From: Candidatus Paralachnospira avium
Lineage (GTDB): Bacteria > Bacillota > Clostridia > Lachnospirales > Lachnospiraceae
Reading direction: 5' to 3'
Length of the DNA stretch: 64,000 nucleotides
Assembly: GCA_904420245.1 (NCBI GenBank)
Contig: CAJFUL010000038.1
Span: 10,196-74,195 of the forward strand
The notes below the pieces were generated by a model. It did no database searches. It was not told the origin of the DNA and worked only from the letters and a program-made list of their open reading frames with translations. The position numbers and the translations under genes were made by a program. Of the stretch, positions 55,811 through 64,000 are shown piece after piece (the stretch's first letter is position 1; each line of letters opens with the position of its first letter).

Positions 55811-56977
55811 ATGAAACGAGTGTTTTTGATGGTGCTGGACAGCGCCGGCATCGGAGAGCTGCCGGATGCGGCAGACTATGGAGATGAGGGGAGCAATACC
55901 TGGCGCGCGTGCGCCGGGAGCGGGAAATACGCCATGCCCAACATGGAACGGCTGGGCCTGTGGGCCATAGACGGGGTGAGGGACTGGTACGGAGGAGGAG
56001 CAGGATTTGAAGGAGCCGTGGGCCGGCTGGCGGAGGCTTCCCGGGGGAAGGATACCACCACAGGCCACTGGGAGATCGCCGGGCTCCTGTCGGAGAGTCC
56101 GATGCCCACTTTCCCGGATGGATTTCCGGCCGGGCTGACGGATGCCCTCCGGGCGGCCACGGGAAGGGAGCTTCTGTGCAACCGGCCGTATTCCGGGACG
56201 GACGCCATCCGGGACTTTGGGGAGGAGCATATGAGGACGGGAGCGCTGATCCTGTATACGTCCGCCGACAGCGTCCTTCAGATCGCGGCCCATGAGAAGG
56301 TGGTCCCGGTGGAAGAGCTGTATGAGATCTGCCGGACGGCCAGGAAGCTCTGCACCGGCCCCTACGCGGTGGGCCGCGTCATTGCCAGGCCCTTTGACGG
56401 CGAAGCGGGAAACTTCTTCCGGACAGAGCGGCGTCATGATTTTTCCCTGGAGCCTCCGGGGGAGACCATGCTGGATGTCCTTGCCAAAGAGGGAAAGGAT
56501 GTCCTGGCCGTGGGGAAGATCTGTGATATTTTCGCGGGAAGAGGCATAGGAGAATTTGTCAGGACCTCCGGAAACGGAGAGGGCATCGACAGGACGTTGG
56601 AATATATGGAACGGGATTTTGAAGGCCTGTGCTTCACGAACCTGGTGGATTATGATATGCTGTACGGCCACAGGAACGACGTGGACGGATACGCGCAGGC
56701 GCTGTCGGAATTTGACAGGAGGCTGCCGGAGCTTCTGTCCCGCCTGAGAGAAGAGGATATCCTGATGATCACGGCGGACCATGGCTGCGACCCCTCCACT
56801 CCCTCCACGGACCACTCCAGGGAATATGTGCCCCTGGTGGCGGCGGGGCCCTCCGTGAGGGCCGGGGTCAATATCGGTACCAGACAGACCTTCGCGGACA
56901 TCGCGGCCACGGTGCTGGAGTACTTCGGGACAGAGGGGCGGACTGCGGGCCGGAGCTTTCTGGGGGAGCTGTTATGA
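55811..56977 (+). CDS. deoB: phosphopentomutase
   Basis: VLDSAGIG, GKDTTTGHWE, YTSADSV, RVIARPF, GHRND, TADHGCDP, DHSRE. Confidence 0.96.
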   Translation: MKRVFLMVLDSAGIGELPDAADYGDEGSNTWRACAGSGKYAMPNMERLGLWAIDGVRDWYGGGAGFEGAVGRLAEASRGKDTTTGHWEIAGLLSESPMPTFPDGFPAGLTDALRAATGRELLCNRPYSGTDAIRDFGEEHMRTGALILYTSADSVLQIAAHEKVVPVEELYEICRTARKLCTGPYAVGRVIARPFDGEAGNFFRTERRHDFSLEPPGETMLDVLAKEGKDVLAVGKICDIFAGRGIGEFVRTSGNGEGIDRTLEYMERDFEGLCFTNLVDYDMLYGHRNDVDGYAQALSEFDRRLPELLSRLREEDILMITADHGCDPSTPSTDHSREYVPLVAAGPSVRAGVNIGTRQTFADIAATVLEYFGTEGRTAGRSFLGELL

Positions 56978-57340
56978 GGCTCCCTTCACATGGGCTTTGA
57001 TGGCGGCGAAGCTCTCCGCGCTGATGACGTGCTCGATGCGGCAGGCATCCTCCATGGCGGTCTTCTCCGATACGCCCAGGGCGATGAGCCACTGGGAGAT
57101 CAGAGTATGGCGCTCATAGATGGTCTCCGCAATGGCCCTGCCGGATTCGGTCAGGGTGATATAGCCTCCGTCGTCCACAAGGATATGCCCCTGGTTTCTC
57201 AGATTTTTCATGGCGACACTGACGCTGGGTTTGGAAAAATCCATCTCATTGGCAATATCGATGGAACGGACATTGCCGTTGCGCTGGCTTAGGATCAGGA
57301 TCGTCTCCAGATAATTTTCGGCAGATTCATGTGTCTTCAT
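56972..57340 (-). CDS. DtxR/MntR family metal-dependent transcriptional regulator
   Basis: ESAENYLETI, SKPSVS, IYERH, DACRIEH. Confidence 0.92.
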   Translation of the reverse strand: MKTHESAENYLETILILSQRNGNVRSIDIANEMDFSKPSVSVAMKNLRNQGHILVDDGGYITLTESGRAIAETIYERHTLISQWLIALGVSEKTAMEDACRIEHVISAESFAAIKAHVKGAS

Positions 57341-57444
57341 AAGGCTTTCCTCACTTTATTTGAGATAATGATTCCTATTATAACATAGGGGGGAATCAAA
57401 TTCAATAATCAGAAAATTAACCAAAAATTTTCTGAAAAAGTGTA

Positions 57445-57473
57445 TTGAAAAAAAAACAATTTTACGTTATCAT
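57445..57473 (+). promoter_or_regulatory. putative ldh promoter
   Basis: TTGAAA-17-TATCAT. Confidence 0.55.
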
Positions 57474-57485
57474 AGATGGGGTTAA

Positions 57486-57503
57486 TTGTTAAAGCCTTGA
57501 CAC
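57486..57503. promoter_or_regulatory. Rex operator candidate
   Basis: TTGTTAA-AGCC-TTGACAC versus the clostridial Rex consensus TTGTTAA-N4-TTAACAA, upstream of ldh. Confidence 0.55.
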
Positions 57504-57564
57504 TGTTATACTGCTTCGCTGCGGAGGGTCCGCGGCATGAAAATGACGAGAAGGAGACAAGAAA

Positions 57565-58512
57565 ATGGCAGCTTTACAGAAGAACAAGATCGTAGTAGTC
57601 GGCGCTGGAAATGTAGGCGAGGCAATCGCCTATACTCTGATGGTACGCCATCAGGCCAGTGAGATCGTATTGGTAGACCTCAATGAGGCGAGAGCGGAGG
57701 GGAGCGCCCTGGATATTGCCCACGGTACTTCCTTTTTCCGTCAGGTAAATGTGCGCAAGGGCGGTTATGAGGACTGTGCCGATGCCGGCATCATCATCGT
57801 TACGGCAGGCGTGGCCAGGAAGCCCGGGCAGACCAGACTGGATCTGGCGAAGATCAATGTTTCCATCATCAAGAGCGTTGCCAGGAGCATCATGGAATAT
57901 GCCAAGGATCCTCTGATCGTGGTGGTTTCCAACCCCGCTGACATCATGACATATGTGATCCGGGAAGAGACCGGACTTCCGGCCGAGAGAGTCATCGGCT
58001 CCGGCACCAGCCTGGATACGGCTCGTTTCCGTTATCTCATCAGCCAGAGCTGCGGCGTGGATGTGCGCAATGTGGACGCCTTCATCCTGGGCGAGCACGG
58101 CGACAGCCAGGTGCCCATCTGGAGCTGCGCTTCCATCGGCGGAAACAAGATCGAGGCATACGCGCAGGAGAACGGACTGGAGCTTGATAAGGAAGCGATC
58201 GCGGTCAGGACCCGGGAAGGCGGAGCGGAAGTGATCGCCAAGAAGGGAGCCACCTTCTACGGCATCGCCATGAGCGTTTCCCGCATCGTGGAGGCTCTTA
58301 CAGAGGATGAAAACGCGGTCCTTCCCGTGGCTCATGTGCTGGGAGAGGAGTTCGGCGACTGGAGCGGCGTCGCCATCAGCATGCCCTGCGTGCTGAATGT
58401 GAACGGCATCGTGAAGACACTCCATATTCCCATGAACAGCCAGGAGAAGGAAGCCATGGATGCTTCCGCCAAGACTCTGAAGGATTTCCAGGAACAGGTA
58501 CTGGCAGACTAA
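57565..58512 (+). CDS. ldh: L-lactate dehydrogenase
   Basis: VGAGNVG, RKPGQTRLDL, SNPAD, GTSLDTARFR, LGEHGDS, KGATFYGI. Confidence 0.93.
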   Translation: MAALQKNKIVVVGAGNVGEAIAYTLMVRHQASEIVLVDLNEARAEGSALDIAHGTSFFRQVNVRKGGYEDCADAGIIIVTAGVARKPGQTRLDLAKINVSIIKSVARSIMEYAKDPLIVVVSNPADIMTYVIREETGLPAERVIGSGTSLDTARFRYLISQSCGVDVRNVDAFILGEHGDSQVPIWSCASIGGNKIEAYAQENGLELDKEAIAVRTREGGAEVIAKKGATFYGIAMSVSRIVEALTEDENAVLPVAHVLGEEFGDWSGVAISMPCVLNVNGIVKTLHIPMNSQEKEAMDASAKTLKDFQEQVLAD

Positions 58513-58530
58513 AATCATATAGAAAATCTG

Positions 58531-58563
58531 AACGCCCCGGTTTCTATACAGCCGGGGCGTTTT
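58531..58563 (+). terminator. Rho-independent terminator
   Basis: AACGCCCCGG...CCGGGGCGTT-TT. Confidence 0.8.
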
Positions 58564-58620
58564 GTGCTACAATGGGGACAGCGGGCGCTCGAAAGTCAGA
58601 TTTGAGAGGAAGGGCTTGTG

Positions 58621-60330
58621 ATGTGGAGCAGGAAAGAGCTGAAAAAGAAGGGACGGGGGATCATCCGGAAGCATTACTGGAGGGCAGTCGCCGTCAGTTT
58701 TATCATCGCGTTCCTGGCTGGGAATTATAACGGGACCTTTACGGCGGTGTTTTCATACGATCCATCCAGAGAGATCACCAGCGTGATCCAGGAGAATCTG
58801 GTCTTTGATGTCCATGGGGTGCGGGAGAGAGAACTGGTGGATCTGCTCTTATCCGGCCTGGAAGAACAGAGCCGGGATGCAGAGGAATTTATCCGGAACA
58901 GTCCGTATACGAGGGGCGTCTTCGCCACGGTCTTCAATTACAGTATGGCCACCGGCTCCGTCTTCACCGGGATCGCGGTCATGCTGCTGAAGCCCATCGT
59001 AAAGGGACGGTGGCTGTCCCTACTGGCGGCGGGAGCCGGGGCCGCGCTCTTGTTTTTCTGGTGGCTTTTGGTGAGGAATATCCTCCAGGTGGGAAACTGC
59101 CGGTTTTATCTGGAGGCGGAGACTTACCGGAATACGGGAGGGAACAGGATCTTCTTTCTCTATAAGATCCGGAAGGTCTGGAAGACGGCCAGGGTGATCC
59201 TGCGCAAGTTCCTGTACCAGTATCTGTGGTCTTTTACCATCGTGGGCGGCTGGATCAAAGGATATTCCTATATGATGGTGCCTTATCTGGCGGCGGAGAA
59301 TCCCAATATCACCGGCAGGGAGGCCATCCGCATTTCCAGGAGCATGATGCAGGGAAATAAATGGGATGCCTTCCTTCTGGACTGCTCCTTTCTGGGGTGG
59401 AGCCTCTTAAGCTTTTTTACCTTTGGACTGGTGAATATCTTTTACGCCAATCCCTATAAGGCGGCCGCCAGGGCGGAGCTGTATCTGAAGCTGCGGCGTC
59501 TGGCCCTGGAAAATGAGGCGGAATACGCCTATGTCTTCAATGACAAGTATCTGGACTGCCCTCCTTCCGAGGAAGTGCTGCGGGCTGCCCTGAGACGGGC
59601 GGCGTCCATGGAGGAGAGGCCGGACTGGAGAGAACTGGAAGCAGAAGCGCAGAAAGTGCCCCTGGATGTGCTGGAGGAATATCCTTTTGCGCTCTTTACG
59701 GTGCCCGGCGGGGAAAAGAGATGGCATCTGGGCATTGATTATCACTGTACCTACGGACTTACGGGGCTGATCCTCCTGTTTTTCGTCTTTTCCTTTACGG
59801 GATGGTGCTGGGAGGTGGGACTCCATCTGGTCCAGAAAGGCACCTTTGTGAACCGCGGCGTCTTCCATGGACCGTGGCTGCCCATCTATGGCTCCGGCGG
59901 CGTTTTGGTGCTGGTGCTTCTTAAGAAGCTGCGGGACCGGCCCGTGGCGACGTTTTTCATGACCATGGCGTTATGCGGAACGGTGGAATATGTGACCAGC
60001 TGGTTCCTGGAGGTGACCCATGACGGGGTGCGCTGGTGGGATTACAGCGGATATTTCCTGAATTTAAACGGCAGGATCTGCGCGGAGGGGCTGCTGATCT
60101 TCGGGATCGGAGGCTGCGCGTTCATCTACATCCTGGCGCCGCTCATCATGAACGGAGTCATCCGGAAAATACCGGTCAAGGTGCGGGCGCTGCTCTGCGT
60201 GGCTCTCATCAGCCTCTTTGTCAGCGATATGGTCTATACCAGCGGGCATCCTCATGTGGGAGCCGGCATCAGCAAGGAAGTATCGGAAGCAGTATGGGAA
60301 GAAGGAGGAAAGGTCTGTGCATCTGAATGA
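58621..60330 (+). CDS. DUF975 membrane domain fused to CmpB/DUF1113-type permease-like domain
   Basis: YSYMMVPY...SRSMM.GNKW..F (DUF975); GWCWE, NRG..HGPWLPIYG, WWDYS..NLNGRIC (CmpB). Confidence 0.85.
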   Translation: MWSRKELKKKGRGIIRKHYWRAVAVSFIIAFLAGNYNGTFTAVFSYDPSREITSVIQENLVFDVHGVRERELVDLLLSGLEEQSRDAEEFIRNSPYTRGVFATVFNYSMATGSVFTGIAVMLLKPIVKGRWLSLLAAGAGAALLFFWWLLVRNILQVGNCRFYLEAETYRNTGGNRIFFLYKIRKVWKTARVILRKFLYQYLWSFTIVGGWIKGYSYMMVPYLAAENPNITGREAIRISRSMMQGNKWDAFLLDCSFLGWSLLSFFTFGLVNIFYANPYKAAARAELYLKLRRLALENEAEYAYVFNDKYLDCPPSEEVLRAALRRAASMEERPDWRELEAEAQKVPLDVLEEYPFALFTVPGGEKRWHLGIDYHCTYGLTGLILLFFVFSFTGWCWEVGLHLVQKGTFVNRGVFHGPWLPIYGSGGVLVLVLLKKLRDRPVATFFMTMALCGTVEYVTSWFLEVTHDGVRWWDYSGYFLNLNGRICAEGLLIFGIGGCAFIYILAPLIMNGVIRKIPVKVRALLCVALISLFVSDMVYTSGHPHVGAGISKEVSEAVWEEGGKVCASE

Positions 60331-61237
60331 AGGCAGGGATTATAAGCTCAATGTGGAAGCCTGGGAGAAGGGAGGCTTCCTGCGGGAGGATACGGATCTG
60401 GCCGTTTCCGGAGGAGAGCTGCTCCACGCGGCCGTGACGGCTGTCATACCGGAGGACGGCATCTTCCTGCAGAGCCCGGGAGAAGATCTTTACAGGAGGC
60501 TTTCTCTGGTGGAGTACGCTCTGGAGGCCAGGGGGGAATATCTGCGGAAATCGCCTCGTCTCCTGGAGCTGGATGAGAGCGCCAGAGGAATGGTATCCTA
60601 TTATCTGGGGATGATCGTGACGAAGCCGGTGGGGGCCCGCCTGTACGGAACGGAGTTTTTGGCGCCGGTCCAGGAGATCTGCGGGAGCGTCCGTTACCGG
60701 GGCCGCCGCAGGCCGGACCTCATCGGATATGGAAAAGAGGGCCTGCAGGTCTGGGAAGCCATCGGGAGGAGCAACAACAGCGGCAAGGCGCTGGAGGAGG
60801 GCTGCCGTCTGGCCGGTGATGTGGTCTCCTTCGGCGGGGAGCGGCCGTCCTGGGCCGGGGCATGCATGACGTACTACGGCTCCCGGTGCCTGGCTGTCCG
60901 GATCAAGGAGGCGGAGCGGCAGACGGAGTCTTCGGAGGGCCTTGTCCTCGGCTCCGGCAGAGAGAAATTTTTCAGAGCCTATTACAGGAGGCTCCTCCGT
61001 CTTGCGGGAGACTGCTATGAGAGGGAATCTGTCCGGAACAGGATCTATCTGGGAGAGGACAGGATCGAAGCAGAGATACCGGCTCCGGGAGGGAGACGCC
61101 TTCGGATCGGATTTCCCCGCCGTCTGTTTCTGGCCGGGGAAGGGGAGAGCCTGGAGGAGACGGCGCCGGAGAAGGCGGGGAAGCTTCCGGACGGCGCCTA
61201 TATGGGAGCCGACGGGATCTCCGTGCTGCTTTGCTGA
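60317..61237 (+). CDS. hypothetical protein with degenerate PD-(D/E)xK-like motif
   Basis: GTG after GGAGG; RRPDLIG...WEAIGRS. Confidence 0.65.
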   Translation: MHLNEGRDYKLNVEAWEKGGFLREDTDLAVSGGELLHAAVTAVIPEDGIFLQSPGEDLYRRLSLVEYALEARGEYLRKSPRLLELDESARGMVSYYLGMIVTKPVGARLYGTEFLAPVQEICGSVRYRGRRRPDLIGYGKEGLQVWEAIGRSNNSGKALEEGCRLAGDVVSFGGERPSWAGACMTYYGSRCLAVRIKEAERQTESSEGLVLGSGREKFFRAYYRRLLRLAGDCYERESVRNRIYLGEDRIEAEIPAPGGRRLRIGFPRRLFLAGEGESLEETAPEKAGKLPDGAYMGADGISVLLC

Positions 61238-61251
61238 GAATGGAGGACAGG

Positions 61252-62406
61252 ATGGGAGAACAGGAAAGATCCAGGGTGGTGCTGGCGCCCTGCGGCACAT
61301 ATGAGGAGGAAGAAGTATACAGAGCTCTGAAGGCAGGCGTGGAGCTCTTAGGAGGGATGGGAGCTTTCGCGGGGCCAGGTGAAAAGGTGCTCCTGAAGCC
61401 GAATCTGGTGCGGAAGGCCGAGGCGTCCAGGGCGGTGACGACCCATCCCGCGGTGATGGGAGCGGCAGCCAGGCTGCTTTCGGAGGCCGGCGTCCATAAC
61501 GTGAAGGCGGGAGATTCCTGCGGCTTCGGGACCGCGTCGGAGGCGTCGGAGGCGGCGGGGATCCGGCAGGCGCTGGAGCCCTACGGCGTGCCGGTCATCG
61601 AGTTTACGGGAGCCGGAAAGATCCCGTACGACGGAGTCCAGGCAAAATCTTTTTATATGGCGAAGGAGGTCCTGGAGGCGGATGCCCTCATCAATATCTG
61701 CAAGATGAAGACCCATGCCCTGGAGCGGGTCACGGGAGCGGTGAAGAATCTGTACGGCTGCATCTGCGGCTTTCACAAGGCCAAAGGGCACACCCAGTAT
61801 CCCAGCGCCGACAGCTTCGCCCGGATGCTGGTGGATCTGAACCGGTTGGTGAAGCCCAGGCTCCATATCATGGACGGGATCGTGGCCATGGAAGGCAACG
61901 GCCCCACTTCCGGAGATCCGGTGCCCATGGGCGTCCTCCTGCTGTCGGCGGACCCGGTGGCCCTGGACAGCGTCTTCTGCCGTCTGATCCATCTGGATCC
62001 GGAGCTGGTCCCCACCAATTATCACGGAGAAAAAATGGGACTGGGCCGCTGGCAGGAGGAGAAGATCTGTCTGCTGGTCCCGGCGCCGGACGGAGGGAAG
62101 GAGATCTCCCTGGATGAGGCCGTCCGCCTCTACGGCCGGGAGAGCTTCCGGGTGGACAGGGGGAAGGCCGGGAGCGGGTTCTGGACCCGGCTGGCCAGAG
62201 TGTTCAACCTGTTTCAGAAGAAGCCCTATGTTGATAAGGACAAGTGCGTAAAATGCGGGATCTGCGTGGAGAGCTGCCCCGTGGAGGGGAAAGCCCTGCG
62301 CTTCGACAATGGGAGGAAGGAACCTCCCGTATATGATTATAAAAGATGTATCCGGTGCTTCTGCTGCCAGGAGATGTGTCCCCATAAGGCCATCAAGGTG
62401 AAATAA
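61252..62406 (+). CDS. DUF362 domain Fe-S protein
   Basis: VLLKPN, TTHP, KMKTH, TGAVKN, MEGNGP, DPVALD; two CxxCxxCxxxCP. Confidence 0.92.
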   Translation: MGEQERSRVVLAPCGTYEEEEVYRALKAGVELLGGMGAFAGPGEKVLLKPNLVRKAEASRAVTTHPAVMGAAARLLSEAGVHNVKAGDSCGFGTASEASEAAGIRQALEPYGVPVIEFTGAGKIPYDGVQAKSFYMAKEVLEADALINICKMKTHALERVTGAVKNLYGCICGFHKAKGHTQYPSADSFARMLVDLNRLVKPRLHIMDGIVAMEGNGPTSGDPVPMGVLLLSADPVALDSVFCRLIHLDPELVPTNYHGEKMGLGRWQEEKICLLVPAPDGGKEISLDEAVRLYGRESFRVDRGKAGSGFWTRLARVFNLFQKKPYVDKDKCVKCGICVESCPVEGKALRFDNGRKEPPVYDYKRCIRCFCCQEMCPHKAIKVK

Positions 62407-62408
62407 GA

Positions 62409-62448
62409 AGAGGGGGGCCGTGGGAAAAGATTCCCACGGCCCTCTTTT
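62409..62448. terminator. bidirectional terminator
   Basis: GGGCCGTGGGAA-aaga-TTCCCACGGCCC-TCTTTT between convergent genes. Confidence 0.8.
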
Positions 62449-62461
62449 GTGCTCTTGGAGA

Positions 62462-63478
62462 CTACAGGCTGCCCAGCTTTGCCAGGGTATTTAAAAGGCT
62501 TTCGGTATCCTGGGAAGACTTTGGGGATGTCTGTTCTTCCGGCTCGGGCTCCTTCTCAGCGGCCTCGTCCTCCACAGGGGGGACGAGGGCGGCGGCTGTG
62601 GGAACGGCGGCTTTCGTCCCGGCGGGCGGGCAGCAGCAGGGAACCGGGGAGCAGTCGTTTTTCAGGTTTTCCTCATAAAGGGGCGGGCCCAGCTCCAGAG
62701 GCTTGATCTCCCGGTCCAGCAGGCCTCCGGCGACAAATTCCATGCAGGCGGTGTCCTCCGCCGGGATCAGGCTGCCCTTGGGCACCACGGCGCGGCCGTT
62801 GTGAGGGATCCGGTACTGAGAGTAGTAGATGCTCTTCAGGTAGAGGCTCAGACCGATGGAGGCGTTTCCTGAAGACGGGTCGAAGCCCAGGATCTTGGGA
62901 ACGATCATCAGGTTGAGGCCCTGGGCGGGGGTGAAGTTCTCCGTGGAGAAGCCCAGGAAGTGGATGACGGGATACGTGACATTTCCTCCGGAATAAGAGA
63001 CCCCGTAGGGGGCGTAGAGCTCCAGCTCCACCGAGGAAGGGTTGGTATCCTCATCATAATACTTGTAGCCGCTGGTCCCGCTGCTGGGCAGATATACCGC
63101 AGGTATGGGGAGGATGGCCAGCAGCCGTTTGGCGCAGTCGTAGACCTTTACGGCGAAATTCACGGTGATGTCCCGGAGCACGATGTTGTAGCAGCTGGGG
63201 CGCCCGTTGATGGGGGTAATGGACAGGGTTTCTCCGGACGAGGTGGAGAAATCCACGGAAACCACTTCCGCCGTGATGGTTTCCGCGGAGGGATAGACGG
63301 AGGAAAAGCCCTTGGACAGGCATACCTGCCGGCAGAGATTGATCCCGATCTCATCGTATACCACCGGAGCCAGGAGGGTCAGGTATTGAGGCGTCCCGCA
63401 GACGGGAGTGGTACAGACGTCCTGACATTCGTCAGAGGAATGACCGCATTTGCAGCCTTTGGGCTTGTATTTAGGCAT
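62462..63478 (-). CDS. Cys-rich hypothetical protein, probably spore-associated
   Basis: Start re-set to MPKYK after GAAAGGA; Cys clusters at both ends; sigma-K-like promoter. Confidence 0.75.
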   Translation of the reverse strand: MPKYKPKGCKCGHSSDECQDVCTTPVCGTPQYLTLLAPVVYDEIGINLCRQVCLSKGFSSVYPSAETITAEVVSVDFSTSSGETLSITPINGRPSCYNIVLRDITVNFAVKVYDCAKRLLAILPIPAVYLPSSGTSGYKYYDEDTNPSSVELELYAPYGVSYSGGNVTYPVIHFLGFSTENFTPAQGLNLMIVPKILGFDPSSGNASIGLSLYLKSIYYSQYRIPHNGRAVVPKGSLIPAEDTACMEFVAGGLLDREIKPLELGPPLYEENLKNDCSPVPCCCPPAGTKAAVPTAAALVPPVEDEAAEKEPEPEEQTSPKSSQDTESLLNTLAKLGSL

Positions 63479-63513
63479 ATGCTCATATCCTTTCATGGAA
63501 AATGGTTCATTAT

Positions 63514-63558
63514 ATCTTATGCACCCGGGTATAAGGCGGTGAAGAGGCTCATATATTA
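63514..63558. promoter_or_regulatory. overlapping divergent sporulation-sigma promoter candidates
   Basis: Minus strand AC-17-CATAAGATA (sigma-K-like); plus strand GTATAAG-14-CATATATT (sigma-E-like). Confidence 0.5.
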
Positions 63559-63588
63559 GACAAGGTACCAGTGAAGGGGGAATGGGCT

Positions 63589-64000
63589 TTGGAAAAAATA
63601 CATCGGCTTCCCGACGGGAGCCGCCTGGTGGTCTGGGAAGAGTGGAACCAGGCAAAGGGCCTGGTCCTGCCGGTCCGGAGGGGGACAGGTCCCTATGTCT
63701 ACCGGCAGGATGTGCTGCGGGATCTGACTTCTGTCCTGTATCAGGGGAACGTCTATTACGCGTATCACAGCCTGGATCACAGGATCTGTCTGGGAACGGC
63801 GGGAGAGCGGGAGGTGACGGCGGTCCTCAGCGATCCCTCTGATCTGCGCCGGTATTCCAGGCTGGAGCTGCTCTCTTGGCAGGATGAGCTGTGGCTTTTT
63901 TTCTGCGCCTGGGATCCGGCCGTCAAAAAATGGGATCTGAAGGTCATGCGGCCGCTGGCCAGCCGGGAGACCGTCTCTTTGTGGGAGGGCTTTCCGGAGC
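63589..64000 (+). CDS. hypothetical protein (partial, runs off the window)
   Basis: TTG after AAGGGGG opens MEKIHRLPDGSRLVVWEEW..., open to the window end with GC-rich third positions. Confidence 0.7.
   Translation, partial: MEKIHRLPDGSRLVVWEEWNQAKGLVLPVRRGTGPYVYRQDVLRDLTSVLYQGNVYYAYHSLDHRICLGTAGEREVTAVLSDPSDLRRYSRLELLSWQDELWLFFCAWDPAVKKWDLKVMRPLASRETVSLWEGFPE

Noticed and set aside
4519-62385. Long antisense ORFs in the track (e.g. 4519-5781, 6224-7519, 8765-10177, 37488-39161, 39056-40807, 45742-46896, 50579-51772, 61348-62385)
   Set aside because: Shadows of real genes produced by GC-rich codon bias; no recognisable motifs or RBS
63582-63842. 86-aa ORF from the track
   Set aside because: The ATG is too close to the RBS and the product is low quality; the TTG-63589 frame is open to the window end with typical codon use

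Overview
High-GC Lachnospiraceae/Clostridiales-type chromosomal window. It opens with the last codons of rplQ. In many Firmicutes rplQ is followed closely by ecfA1-ecfA2-ecfT-truA-rplM-rpsI, but here about 38 kb of extra DNA lies between them. That DNA holds a TetM/EF-G-like GTPase fused to a YacP/Rae1-type NYN RNase, RluA, an AEC transporter with an Ald-like dehydrogenase, an SH3-NlpC/P60 hydrolase with WalR-like boxes, glgP, and two uncharacterised sugar-catabolic loci, each built on an L-fucose-isomerase-family enzyme and a monosaccharide ABC importer. After rpsI come an ECF sigma/MBOAT/DHHW envelope-acylation operon, a decayed cfa, a metal-regulated DUF3793-flavodoxin-DUF2325-Fur-like cluster with GTTAG-N6-CTAAC boxes, deoB, a DtxR/MntR regulator, ldh and divergent sporulation-type genes. 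The most unusual signals are three. (1) An 18-nt inverted repeat flanks glgP: one copy fills the loop of a leader hairpin that competes with a terminator-like hairpin, and the other sits at the predicted +1 of the next transcript. (2) A two-component system with a sensor-less kinase is co-translated with a full-length ABC ATPase that has lost all catalytic motifs. (3) A dispersed ~55-bp palindromic intergenic repeat family is present. No CRISPR array, tRNA, rRNA, transposase or integrase was seen. All calls come from motif recognition by eye; no database searches were run.
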